Shown here: piece after piece, positions 11,301 through 24,272 of the stretch
Layout: each line of letters begins with the position of its first letter
How positions within the stretch are numbered: position 1 is the stretch's first letter
Assembly: GCF_006345805.1 (NCBI RefSeq)
Contig: NC_043001.1
Span: 135,160,001-135,224,000, forward strand
Source of the DNA: Octopus sinensis
Taxonomy: Eukaryota
DNA length: 64,000 nt
Reading direction: 5' to 3'
Notes under the pieces: model-generated
Told to the model about the DNA's origin: nothing
Database searches by the model: none
What the model saw: the letters and a program-made list of their open reading frames with translations, nothing else
Made by a program: the position numbers and the translations under genes

Positions 11301-14300
11301 CCAGTTATGTGTCACCAGCATCAGCCACTTTGCCTCCGTGAGGCCTAACACTGGAAAGGTGCTTTTATGTGCCACCAGCATGAGTGCCAGTTATGTGTCA
11401 CCAGCATCAGCCACTTTGCCTCCGTGAGGCCCAACACTGGAAAGGTGCTTTTATGTGCCACCAGCATGAGTGCCAGTTATGTGTCACCAGCATCAGCCAC
11501 TTTGCCTCCGTGAGGCCAACACTGGAAAGGTGCTTTCTATGTGCCACCAGCATGAGTGCCAGTTATGTGTCACCAGCATCAGCCACTTTGCCTCCGTGAG
11601 GCCCAACACTGGAAGGTGCTTTTTATGTGCCACCAGCATGAGTGCCAGTTATGTGTCACCAGCATCAGCCACTTTGCCTCCGTGAGGTCCAACACTGGAA
11701 AGGTGCTTTTTATGTGCCACCAGCATGAGTGCCAGTTATGTGTCACCAGCATCAGCCACTTTGCTCCGTGAGGCCCAACACTGGAAAGGTGCTTTTTATG
11801 TGCCACCAGCATGAGTGCCAGTTATGTGTCACCAGCATCAGCCACTTTGCCTCCGTGAGGCCCAACACTGGAAAGGTGCTTTCTATGTGCCACCAGCATG
11901 AGTGCCAGTTATGTGTCACCAGCATCAGCCACTTTGCCTCCGTGAGGCCCAACACTGGAAAGGTGCTTTTATGTGCCACCAGCATGAGTGCCAGTTATGT
12001 GTCACCAGCATCAGCCACTTTGCCTCCGTGAGGCCAACATGGAAAGGTGCTTTTAATGTGCCACCAGCATGAGTGCCAGTTATGTGTCACCAGCATCAGC
12101 CACTTTGCCTCCGTGAGGCCAACACTGGAAAGGTGCTTTCTATGTGCCACCAGCATGAGTGCCAGTTATGTGTCACCAGCATCAGCCACTTTGCCTCCGT
12201 GAGGCCAACACTGGAAAGGTGCTTTCTATGTGCAAACCAGCATGAGTGCCAGTTATGTGTCACCGCATCAGCCACTTTGCCTCCGTGAGCCCAACACTGG
12301 AAAGGTGCTTTCTATGTGCCACCAGCATGAGTGCCAGTTATGTGTCAAAGCATCAGCCACTTTGCCTCCGTGAGGTCCAACACTGGAAAGGTGCTTTTTA
12401 TGTGCCACCAGCATGAGTGCCAGTTATGTGTCACCAGCATCAGCCACTTTGCCTCCGTGAGGCCCCAACAATGGAAAGGTGCTTTTTATTGCCACCAGCA
12501 TGAGTGCCAGTTATGTGTCACCAGCATCAGTCCACTTTGCCTCCGTGAGGCCCAACACTGGAAAGGTGCTTTCTATGTGCCACCAGCATGAGTGCCAGTT
12601 ATGTGTCACCAGCATCAGCCACTTTGCCTCCGTGAGGTCCAACACTGGAAAGGTTTTTTATGTGCCACAGCATGAGTGCCAGTTATGTGTCACCAGCATC
12701 ACACACTTGCCTCCGTGAGGCCCAACACTGGAAAGGTGCTTTTATGTGCCACCAGCATGAGTGCCAGTTATGTGTCACCAGCATCAGCCACTTTGCCTCC
12801 GTGAGGTCCAACACTGGAAAGGTGGCTTTTTATGTGCCACCAGCATGAGTGCCAGTTATGGTGTCACCAGCATCAGCCACTTTGCCTCCGTGAGGCCCAC
12901 ACTGAAAGGGCTTTCTATGTGCCACCAGCATGAGTGCCAGTTATGTGTCACCAGCATCAGCCACTCTTGCCTCCGTGAGGCCCAACACTGGAAAGGTGCT
13001 TTTTTATGTGCCACCAGCATGAGTGCCAGTTATGTGTCACCAGCATCAGCACTTTGCCTCCGTGAGGCCCAACACTGGAAAGGTGCTTTTATGTGCCACC
13101 AGCATGAGTGCCAGTTATGTGTCACCAGCATCAGCCACTTTGCCTCCGTGAGGCCCAACACTGGAAAGGTGCTTCTATGTGCCACCAGCATGAGTGCCAG
13201 TTATGTGTCACCAGCATCAGCCACTTTGCCTCCGTGAGGCCTAACACTGAAAGGTGCTTTTTATGTGCCACCAGCATGAGTGCCAGTTATGTGTCACCAG
13301 CATCAGCCACTTTGCCTCCGTGAGGCCCAACACTGGAAAGGTGCTTTTTATGTGCCACCACGCATGAGTGCCAGTTATGTGTCACCAGCATCAGCCACTT
13401 TGCCTCCGTGAGGCCCAACACTGGAAAGGTGCTTTCTATGTGCCACCAGCATGAGTGCCTTATTGTGTCACCAGCATCAGCCACTTTGCCTCCGTGAGGC
13501 CTAACACTGGAAAGGTGCTTTTTATGTGCCACCAGCATGAGTGCCAGTTATGTGTCACCAGCATCAGCCACTTTGCCTCCGTGAGGCCCAACACTGGAAA
13601 GGTGCTTTTTATGTGCCACCAGCATGAGTGCCAGTTATGTGTCACCAGCATCAGTCACTTTGCCTCCGTGAGGCCCAACACTGGAAAGGTGCTTTTTATG
13701 TGCCACCAGCATGAGTGCCAGTTATGTGTCCACCAGCATCAGCCACTTTGCCTCCGTGAGGCCCAACACTGGAAAGGTGCTTTTTATGTGCCACCAGCAT
13801 GAGTGCCAGTTATGTGTCACAGCATCAGCCACTTTGCCTCCGTGAGGCCCAACACTGGAAAGGTCTTTTTATGTGCCCCAGCATGAGTGCCAGTTATGTG
13901 TTCACCAGCATCAGCCACTTTGCCTCCGTGAGGCCCAACACTGGAAAGGTGCTTTTTATGTGCCACCAGCATGAGTGCCAGTTATGTGTCACCAGCATCA
14001 GCCACTTTGCCTCCGTGAGGCCTAACACTGGAAAGGTGCTTTTTATGTGCCACCAGCATGAGTGCCAGTTATGTGTCACCAGCATCAGCCACTTTGCCTC
14101 CGTGAGGCCACAACACTGGAAAGGTGCTTTTTATGTGCCACCAGCATGAGTGCCAGTTATGTGTCACCCATCAGCATCACCACTTTGCCTCCGTGAGGCC
14201 TAACACTGGAAAGGTGCTTTCTATGTGCCACCAGCATGAGTGCCAGTTATGTGTCACCAGCATCAGCCAACTTTGCCTCCGTGAGGCCCAACACTGAAAG

Positions 14301-17300
14301 GTGCTTTTTATGTGCCACCAGCATGAGTGCCAGTTATGTGTCACCAGCAGCATCAGCCACTTTGCCTCCGTGAGGTCCAACACTGGAAAGGTGCTTTTTA
14401 TGTGCCACCAGCATGAGTGCCAGTTATGTGTCACCAGCATCAGCCACTTGCCTCCGTGAGGCCCAACCTGGAAAGGTGCTTTTTATGTGCCACAAGCATG
14501 AGTGCCAGTTATGTGTCACCAGCATCAGCCACTTTGCCTCCGTGAGGCCCAACACTGGAAAGGTGCTTTCTATGTGCCACCAGCATGAGTGCCATTATAT
14601 GTGTCACCAGCATCAGCCACTTTGCCTCCGTGAGGCCCACACTGGAAAGGTGCTTTTTATGTGCCACCAGCATGAGTGCCAGTTATGTGTCACCAGCATC
14701 AGCCACTTTGCCTCCGTGAGGCCCAACACTGGAAAGGTGCTTTTAATGTGCCACCAGCATGAGTGCCAGTTATGTGTCACCAGCATCAGCCACTTTGCCT
14801 CCGTGAGGCCTAACACTGGAAAGGTGCTTTCTATGTGCCACCAGCATGAGTGCCAGTTATGTGTCACCACAGCATCAGCCACTTTGCCTCCGTGAGGCCC
14901 AACACTGGAAAGGTGCTTTCTATGTGCCACCAGCATGAGTGCCAGTTATGTGTCACCAGCATCAGCCACTTTGCCTCCGTGAGGCCCAACACTGGAAAGG
15001 TGCTTTCTATGTGCCACCAGCATGAGTGCCAGTTATGTGTCAACAGCATCAGCCACTTTGCCTCCGTGAGGTCCAACACTGAAAGGTGCTTTTTATGTGC
15101 CACCAGCATGAGTGCCAGTTATGTGTCACCAGCATCAGCCACTTTGCCTCCGTGAGGCCCAACACTGGAAAGGTGCTTTTTTGTGCCACCAGCATGAGTG
15201 CCAGTTATGTGTCACCAGCATCAGCCACTTTGCCTCCGTGAGGCCAACACTGGAAAGGTGCTTTCTATGTGCCACCAGCATGAGTGCCAGTTATGTGTCA
15301 CCAGCATCAGCCACTTTGCCTCCGTGAGGTCCAACACTGGAAAGGTGCTTTTTATGTGCCACCAGCATGAGTGCCAGTTATGTGTCACCAGCATCAACCA
15401 CTTTGCCTCCGTGAGGCCCACACTGGAAAGGTGCTTTTTATGTGCCACCAGCATGAGGCCAGTATGTGTCACCAGCATCAGCCACTTTGCCTCCGTGAGG
15501 TCCAACACTGGAAAGGTGCTTTTTATGTGCCACCAGCATGAGTGCCAGTTTTGTGTCACCAGCATCAGCCACTTTGCCTCCGTGAGGCCCAACACTGGAA
15601 AGGTGCTTTCTATGTGCCACCAGCATGAGTGCCAGTTATGTGTCACCAGCATCAGCCACTTTGCCTCCGTGAGGCCCAACACTGGAAAGGTGCTTTTTAT
15701 GTGCCACCAGCATGAGTGCCAGTTATGTGTCACCAGCATCAGCCACTTTGCCTCCGTGAGGCCAACACTGGAAAGGTGCTTTCTATGTGCCACCAGCATG
15801 AGTGCCAGTTATGTGTCACCAGCATCAGCCACTTTGCCTCCGTGAGGCCTAACACTGGAAAGGTGCTTTCTATGTGCCACCAGCATGAGTGCCAGTTATG
15901 TGTCACCAGCATCAGCCACTTTGCCTCCGTGAGGCCTAACACTGGAAAGGTGCTTTCTATGTGCCACCAGCATGAGTGCCAGTTATGTGTCACCAGCATC
16001 AGCCACTTTGCCTCCGTGAGGCCCAACACTGGAAAGGTGCTTTCTATGTGCCACCAGCATGAGTGCCAGTTATGTGTCACCAGCATCAGCCACTTTGCCT
16101 CCGTGAGGCCTAACACTGGAAAGGTGCTTTCTATGTGCCACCAGCATGAGTGCCAGTTATGTGTCACCAGCATCAGCCACTTTGCCTCCGTGAGGCCCAA
16201 CACTGGAAAGGTGCTTTCTATGTGCCACCAGCATGAGTGCCAGTTATGTGTCACCAGCATCAGCCACTTTGCCTCCGTGAGGTCCAACACTGGAAAGGTG
16301 CTTTCTATGTGCCACCAGCATGAGTGCCAGTTATGTGTCACCAGCATCAGCCACTTTGCCTCCGTGAGGCCCAACACTGGAAGGTGCTTTCTATGTGCCA
16401 CCAGCATGAGTGCCAGTTATGTGTCACCAGCATCAGCCACTTTGCCTCCGTGAGGCCCAACACTGGAAAGGTGCTTTCTATGTGCCACCAGCATGAGTGC
16501 CAGTTATGTGTCACCAGCATCAGCCACTTTGCCTCCGTGAGGCCTAACACTGGAAAGGTGCTTTCTATGTGCCACCAGCATGAGTGCCAGTTATGTGTCA
16601 CCAGCATCAGCCACTTTGCCTCCGTGAGGCCCAACACTGGAAAGGTGCTTTCTATGTGCCACCAGCATGAGTGCCAGTTATGTGTCACCAGCATCAGCCA
16701 CTTTGCCTCCGTGAGGCCCAACACTGGAAAGGTGCTTCTATGTGCCACCAGCATGAGTGCCAGTTATGTGTCACCAGCATCAGCCACTTTGCCTCCGTGA
16801 GGCCTAACACTGGAAAGGTGCTTTCTATTGTGTGCCACCAGCATGAGTGCCAGTTATGTGTCACCAGCATCAGCCACTTTGCCTCCGTGAGGCCCAACAC
16901 TGGAAAGGTGCTTTCTATGTGCCACCAGCATGAGTGCCAGTTATGTGTCACCAGCATCAGCCACTTTGCCTCCGTGAGGCCCAACACTGGAAAGGTGCTT
17001 TCTATGTGCCACCAGCATGAGTGCCAGTTATGTGTCACCAGCATCAGTCACTTGCCTCCGTGAGGCCTAACACTGGAAAGGTGCTTTCTATGTGCCACCA
17101 GCATGAGTGCCAGTTATGTGTCACCAGCATCAGCCACTTTCCTCCGTGAGGCCCAACACTGGAAAGGTGCTTTCTATGTGCCACCAGCATGAGTGCCAGT
17201 TATGTGTCACCAGCATCAGTCACTTTGCCTCCGTGAGGCCTAACACTGGAAAGGTGCTTTCTATGTGCCACCAGCATGAGTGCCAGTTATGTGTCACCAG

Positions 17301-19650
17301 CATCAGCCACTTTGCCTCCGTGAGGCCTAACACTGGAAAGGTGCTTTTTATGTGCCACCAGCATGAGTGCCAGTTATGTGTCACCAGCATCAGCCACTTT
17401 GCCTCCGTGAGGCCCACACTGGAAAGGTGCTTTCTATGTGCCACCAGCATGAGTGCCAGTTATGTGTCACCAGCATCAGCCACTTTGCCTCCGTGAGGCC
17501 TAACACTGGAAAGGTGCTTTCTATGTGCCACCAGCATGAGTGCCAGTTATGTGTCACCAGCATCAGCCACTTTGCCTCCGTGAGCCCAACACTGGAAAGG
17601 TGCTTTTTATGTGCCACCACCAGCATGAGTGCCAGTTATGTGTCACCAGCATCAGCCACTTTGCCTCCGTGAGGCCAACACTGGAAAGGTGCTTTTTATG
17701 TGCCACCAGCATGAGTGCCAGTTATGTGTCACCAGCATCAACCACTTTGCCTCCGTGAGGCCTACACTGGAAAGGTGCTTTTTATGTGCCACAGCATGAG
17801 TGCCAGTTATGTGTCACCAGCACATCAGTCACTTTGCCTCCGTGAGGCCCAACACTGGAAAGGTGCTTTTTATGTGCCACCAGCATGAGTGCCAGTTATG
17901 TGTCACCAGCATCAGCCACTTTGCCTCCGTGAGGCCCAACACTGGAAAGGCTTTTTTATGTGCCACCAGCATGAGTGCCAGTTATGTGTCACCAGCATCA
18001 GCCACTTTGCCTCCGTGAGGCCCAACACTGGAAAGGTGCTTTCTATGTGCCACCAGCATGAGTGCCAGTTATGTGTCACCAGCATCAGCCACTTTGCCTC
18101 CGTGAGGCCTAACACTGGAAAGGTGCTTTTTATGTGCCACCAGCATGAGTGCCAGTTATGTGTCACCAGCATCAGTCACTTTGCCTCCGTGAGGCCCAAC
18201 ACTGGAAAGGTGCTTTTTATGTGCCACCAGCATGAGTGCCAGTTATGTGTCACCAGCATCAGCCACTTTGCCTCCGTGAGGCCCAACACTGGAAAGGTGC
18301 TTTTTATGTGCCACCAGCATGAGTGCCAGTTATGTGTCACCAGCATCAGTCACTTTGCCTCCGTGAGGCCTAACACTGGAAGTGCTTTCTATGTGCCACC
18401 AGCATGAGTGCCAGTTATGTGTCACCAGCATCAGCCACTTTGCCTCCGTGAGGCCCAACACTGGAAAGGTGCTTTTTATGTGCCACCAGCATGAGTGCCA
18501 GTTATGTGTCACCAGCATCAGCCACTTTGCCTCCGTGGGCCTAACACTGGAAAGGTGCTTTCTATGTGCCACCAGCATGAGTGCCAGTTATGTGTCACCA
18601 GCATCAGCCACTTTGCCTCCGTGAGGCCTAACACTGGAAAGGTGCTTTCTATGTGCCACCAGCATGAGTGCCAGTTATGTGTCACCAGCATCAGTCACTT
18701 TGCCTCCGTGAGGCCCAACACTGGAAAGGTGCTTTCTATGTGCCACCAGCATGAGTGCCACTTATGTGTCACCAGCATCAGCCACTTTGCCTCCGTGAGG
18801 CCCAACACTGGAAAGGTGCTTTTTATGTGCCACCAGCATGAGTGCCAGTTATGTGTCACCAGCATCAGCCACTTTGCCTCCGTGAGGCCTAACACTGGAA
18901 AGGTGCTTTCTATGTGCCACCAGCATGAGTGCCAGTTATGTCACCAGCATCAGCCACTTTGCCTCCGTGAGGCCTAACACTGGAAAGGTGCTTTCTATGT
19001 GCCACCAGCATGAGTGCCAGTTATGTGTCACCAGCATCAGCCACTTTGCCTCCGTGAGGCCTAACACTGGAAAGGTGCTTTCTATGTGCCACCAGCATGA
19101 GTGCCAGTTATGTGTCACCAGCATCAGCCACTTTGCCTCCGTGAGGCCCAACACTGGAAAGGTGCTTTCTATGTGCCACCAGCATGAGTGCCAGTTATGT
19201 GTCACCAGCATCAGCCACTTTGCCTCCGTGAGGCCCAACACTGGAAAGGTGCTTTCTATGTGCCACCAGCATGAGTGCCAGTTATGTGTCACCAGCATCA
19301 GCCACTTTGCCTCCGTGAGGCCCAACACTGGAAAGGTGCTTTTTATGTGCCACCAGCATGAGTGCCAGTTATGTGTCACCAGCATCAGCCACTTTGCCTC
19401 CGTGAGGCCAACACTGGAAAGGTGCTTTTTATGTGCCACCAGCATGAGTGCCAGTTATGTGTCACCAGCATCAGCCACTTTGCCTCCGTGAGGCCCAACA
19501 CTGGAAAGGTGCTTTTTATGTGCCACCAGCATGAGTGCCAGTTATGTGTCACCAGCATCAGCCACTTTGCCTCCGTGAGGCCCAACACTGGAAAGGTGCT
19601 TTTTATGTGCCACTAGCATGAGTGCCAGTTATGTGCCACCAGCATCAGCC
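8364..19650. repeat. 87-bp tandem satellite, ~11.3 kb, ~130 units
   Basis: Unit TGTGCCACCAGCATGAGTGCCAGTTATGTGTCACCAGCATCAGCCACTTTGCCTCCGTGAGGCCCAACACTGGAAAGGTGCTTTTTA repeated head-to-tail with few variant sites and no unique spacers. Confidence 0.98.
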
Positions 19651-19729
19651 ATGACTATGATTTCACTTGGCTTGACAGATCTTCTCAAGCACAGTATATT
19701 GCCAAAGGTCTCGGTCACTAGGACACACA

Positions 19730-19882
19730 CAACAGGCTTCTTTCATTTTCCATCTACCAAATCCACTCAGAAACCTTTGGTTGGTCTGGATCTATAGTAG
19801 AAGACATTTGCCAAGGTTCCACACAGTCAGACTAAACATGTGGTCAGGAAACAAACTTCTCCCCCTACAGCCACATCTGCAC
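19730..19882 (-). mobile_element. SINE family C head-half fragment
   Basis: GGCTTCTTTCA...CAAATCCACTCA...GAAGACA matches C copies; diverged. Confidence 0.65.
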
Positions 19883-20114
19883 CTAAAGTGTAGAAAGAAA
19901 AAGTAAAATGAATATTTATAAAAATTTCATGCTTACATACATTGATAGGAATGCAACCGGGTATATGTGAATATATGTGACTCCAGGTATAGATATTTTA
20001 TATAAGCATGGATTTATATATGAGTAAGTGTGGATATTTTTATATTTACACATACCTACCTCTGCATGTGTACATGTATATGCATGTGTGCATGTATATA
20101 TGTGTACACTCAGT

Positions 20115-20495
20115 GGAGGCGCAATGGCCCAGTGGTTAGGGCAGCGGACTTGCGGTCGTAGGATCGTGGTTTCAATTCCCAGACCGGGCGTTGTGAGTGT
20201 TTATTGAGCGAAAACACCTAAAGCTCCACGAGGCTCCGGCAGAGGATGGTGGTGATCCCTGCTGTACTCTTTCACCACAACTTTCTCTCACTCTTTCTTC
20301 CTGTTTCTGTTGTACCTGTATTTCAAAGGGCCGGCCTTGTCACTCTCTGTGTCACGCTGAATATCCCCGAGAACTACGTTAAGGGTACACGTGTGTGTGG
20401 AGTGCTCAGCCACTTACACGTTAATTTCACGAGCAGGCTGTTCCGTTGGTCGGATCAACCGGAACCCTCATCGTCGTAACCGATGGAGTGCTTCC
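20115..20495 (+). mobile_element. Complete SINE family A (tRNA-derived head, tail X)
   Basis: A-box-like TGGCCCAGTGG and B-box-like GGTTTCAATTCC; multiple copies in the window (1-279, 40298-40674). Confidence 0.9.
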
Positions 20496-20668
20496 ATCCA
20501 TGTGTACACTCACATATAATTATACTCATGTGCAAGCCTGCATGCATGCCTTTATGTATGCAAGAATTTTTATATATGTAAAAATTAGATACAAATGTGT
20601 GTGTATATATGGGAATGCATGTAACATGCATGAGTTTTGCATGCGTATGTATGTGTTGATGTGTGTAA

Positions 20669-20853
20669 TGGCATGTAAAAAGCACCCACTACACTCACAG
20701 AGTGGTTGGCGTTAGGAAGGGCATCCAACTGTAGAAACACTGCCAGATCAGACTGGGTCTGGTGCAGCCTTCTGGCTTCCCAGACCCCAGTTGAACCGTC
20801 CAACCCATGCTAGCATGGAAAGCGGACGTTAAAAGATGATGATGATGATGATG
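20669..20853 (+). mobile_element. SINE family B 3' portion
   Basis: AAAAAGCACCCACTACACTC...GGCGTTAGGAAGGGCATCC...GGACGTTAAAA(GAT)n. Confidence 0.85.
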
Positions 20854-21368
20854 TGTATACATCTCCACATATATATATTCTTCTACTACTAAGCACTGAC
20901 CTGTCCTCTAAGCAACCTAACCTATATTCCCAAATTCTTCATTTCACCATTTTACTACCCCTACCCCCTCTCTCTGCCCTTCACTTAGGCTCTATCACTA
21001 CATACCACACACTCCTTTACTCTTTACACTCTCATATCTTTCTCTCTCTATCATCCCCACCTCTCCATTCATTCTATCAATTTATCCTGACTGACCACTA
21101 GCCAGCACACTTTCTCTCTCTTCATTTCTTTATTATCTCCCTCACTTTGTTTTTCTTTTTCTCTCTTCCTGTTTTTTCATTTGACCTTATAAACATATTC
21201 CCAACTTTTAAGTCACTTCAAAAAATCCCTCAATCCAATAACACCGTGTACAAACTCTATGCTTGGAATGACCAATTTTAAATACTATTGGAACTTACAC
21301 ACAAAGTACAGGAAACTCATATGTATACCATTCAGCTTAAATAATGGAGCTGCAGATACACTATCCCT

Positions 21369-21596
21369 GCGGCAAGCTAGCAGAAACGTTAGCACGCCGG
21401 GCGAAATGCGTAGCCGTATTTCGTCTGCCGTTACGTTCTGAGTTCAAATTCCGCCGAGGTCGACTTTGCCTTTCATCCTTTCGGGGTCGATTAAATAAGT
21501 ACCAGTTACGCATTGGGTCGATGTAATCGACTTAATCCGTTTGTCTGTCCTTGTTTGTCCCCTCTATGTTTAGCCCCTTGTGGTTAATAAAGAAAG
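21369..21596 (+). mobile_element. SINE family D with Tx1-like 3' tail
   Basis: B-box-like GAGTTCAAATTCC; imperfect TSD AGATACA(C/A)TATC(C/T)CTGC on both sides; matches 32271, 33670, 49974 and 53254. Confidence 0.9.
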
Positions 21597-21851
21597 AGAT
21601 ACAATATCTCTGCATATCTCACGTCTGTTTTCATTCCTCCACTTCTCTCTCTATTTTATATTTTCTCTAGAATAACTATTGCTTAACCATTTTCTCGCAC
21701 CATCTCTGATAAAGGGATATATAAAATATCCCAGAAACAGCTGTAAGATCTTCTCTGTAAATGTTCTGAAATCTTTCACAGCCTTGGATTTTTATCTCAT
21801 TCTGCTAATTTTTTATATATATATGCATGCTAATATATGACCTACATATAG

Positions 21852-22117
21852 TCTCCAGATCTCAATATTATTGAACATTTATGGTGCATTTTAGAAAAAC
21901 AAGTAAGGAGTCTATATCCTCTACCATCATCATTATAAGAACTGGAAACTGTTTTAGCTGAAGAATACACAAAAATTCCTTTGGAAATAATTCAACTTTG
22001 AATGAGTCCATACCTCGTAGAATTCAAGCTGTAATTACTGCGAAAGGTGGTCCTACCCCATATTAAAATAAACTTGTTTGAAATTTTAAGGTGTTTCCAT
22101 TATTTTGTCCAACCCTG
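21852..22117 (+). mobile_element. Tc1-family transposase C-terminal relic with right TIR
   Basis: SPDLNIIEHLWCILEKQVR...ESIPRRIQAVITAKGGPTPY*; ends GTGTTTCCATTATTTTGTCCAACCCTG followed by TA. Confidence 0.85.
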
Positions 22118-22356
22118 TATATATATATATATATATATAAACACACACACACACACACATTGATCTGCTTGCCTAGTCATTTGGGTGGCATCGTTTGAAA
22201 GCTAAAACAATGCTAAGTGCATTGTGACCATTGGTGTATAACATCTGATTGTCTAGTTGATACTATGATATATACATATATACACATATATATGCATTTA
22301 TATATGTGTATGTTTGTATGCATGCATGTGTGAATGTTTGTTTATATCTGACTTAC

Positions 22357-22467
22357 TTTGGCATAAGTTGCAGCATACAGGTGGTGGTGATGTGGTTCGA
22401 TCTCTTGTCAACAAACCATTTGCTTGCTTTGCACCTTTGATGCCACATAGAATAGGAGATACCTGAA
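22357..22467 (-). CDS. Candidate internal coding exon of an unidentified gene (111 nt, phase 1-1)
   Basis: Acceptor TTATTTGTTTTTCAG, donor A|GTAAGT, open frame QVSPILCGIKGAKQANGLLTRDRTTSPPPVCCNLCQ; no recognisable homology. Confidence 0.3.
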
Positions 22468-23760
22468 CTGAAAAACAAATAAGGGTTGGTGACTGAAGAG
22501 TATTCAGCTGTAAAACAATGCCTCAATAACACTTTAGTTGAACCCATACTGACATGGGAAAACAGATGTAAAAACAAACAATGAAATTTTAAAACAGATA
22601 TAAGGGCACACATTGTATCTTGTGACAAAGATGAGGACATACCTTGCATTTAAATACAAAGATGAGGGCATATATTGGTATTTTACAACTTGCCTCAAAG
22701 CCTCTTGACATACCTACGAACCAAATGTGGCATACAACTTTACCATGGCACAGCAGCTGAAAATGTTTCCTCTAAGTATTACATGCCTTGTTTCTGAGTA
22801 AGAAAGAAATCAATTTTGACAGCAGAAATTAGATTAATTTTTAAACAAGAATCAACAACACAACACGTTCAACGGAAAATTCGTTGTTTCATTGTTCTCT
22901 GTGGATTTAGAATAAAACATTATTTTTTTTGAATAGAATAAAAAAAATTTTGTTAAACATACAGCTCTAAAAAACTTTAGAAAAATTGAAATTTCTGTTT
23001 TCAAAAAAATGTATATATATATATATATTAAAAAAAAACAACAATATTCCTAAATACAAAAAAATCTCTTAATAGAAAATTTTTTAAAATTTCTCCACTA
23101 TCTGTCCATGATAGATTAGCTGACAACAAATTCTTGAAGCAATTCATTTATTTTATAATATGTGTGTCTAATAGAGCAGAATTAAGTTCCCAGATAACTG
23201 ACTATAATTCGTTTAAATTCCCCACTCAAGCAGCATCACTCCATTAAAGCTGCAGCTACACTGATTTAAATCTGCTGTTACAGGTACAGGCATAGGTGTG
23301 TGGTAAGAAGTTTGTTTCCCAACCACTCCTGTAGATGGCCACTACATATTTTGTCCAGTATGATAATGATTCTGTCAGCTCACTGCCTTAATAATAACAA
23401 CAAGAGCACTCATAGAGTGCAAACCTTTGCCAAGGCAACACCAATGTCTTCTCAATGATTAACTGGAGACGATTTTTAAAATGAGAATATCTGAAATAAA
23501 CTCGACTGCTCTCACAAATGAGAATACTAAAAATGAAGCTGACAGCTTTCAAAAATTAAGTGAAAAAAACGGAAAATAATCCAGAATCATTGTCCCGTAC
23601 TGGATCTAACCCTCTAATCAGCTTGTGCCTGTTACGAGGCCAAACATTCCTGAAAGTCTCATCTGAATCCATCCAGCGGTTCTTGAGATATCTTGTCCAC
23701 AAACAAACGAACATGACTGAAAACAATAGCTCTGCCTTCGCTAAGGTGGAGGTAATAATG

Positions 23761-23799
<39 letters not shown>

Positions 23800-23942
23800 T
23801 AATAATAATAATAATAATAATACTGACTTTTTTATTGGCCACAAGGGACCAAGACATAGAAGACAATATAGAAGGATGAGTTACAGCACACAAAAAAGAA
23901 AATTATAAAACCATGTGGAGTTAACATCAATCAAGGGGAGAT

Positions 23943-24272
23943 AAAAGGAGCACTCCGTCGGTTACGACGACGAGGGTCGCAGCTGATACGATCAACGGAA
24001 CAGCCTGCTCGTGAAATTAACGTGCAAGTGACTGAGCAATTCACAGACACGTGTACCTCTAACATAGTTCTCAGGGAGATTCAGCGTGACACAGAGTGTG
24101 ACAAGGCCAGCCCTTTTGAAATACAGGTACAACTCATTTTTGCCAGCTGAGTGGACTGGAGCAACGTGAAATAAAGTGTCTTGCTCAAGGACACAACACT
24201 TCGCCGGGAATTGAATTCATGACCTTACAATCATGAGCCGAATGCCCTAACCACTAAGCCATGCGCCTTCAT
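23943..24272 (-). mobile_element. SINE family E (tRNA head, GTGTCCTTGAGCAAGACACT core) with tail X
   Basis: 15-bp TSD AATCAAGGGGAGATA at 23928-23942 and 24273-24287; same family as 39674-39991. Confidence 0.9.

Noticed and set aside
8195-19616. Cys/His-rich repeat ORFs (MCHQHECQLCVTSISHFASVRPNTGKVLF)n as a C2H2 zinc-finger gene
   Set aside because: CQLC and NTGK superficially resemble a finger, but the H-x3-H pair is absent and the period is 29, not 28. The unit derives from SINE sequence, and one stop-free 29-codon frame per strand is unsurprising by chance.
8364-19650. 87-bp array as a CRISPR array
   Set aside because: Units are contiguous and near-identical with no unique spacers; the context is eukaryotic and there are no cas genes.
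20115-20190. tRNA gene
   Set aside because: The tRNA-like sequence is the head of a multi-copy SINE, continuing into SINE body with no terminator or complete cloverleaf; the same applies to the other SINE heads.
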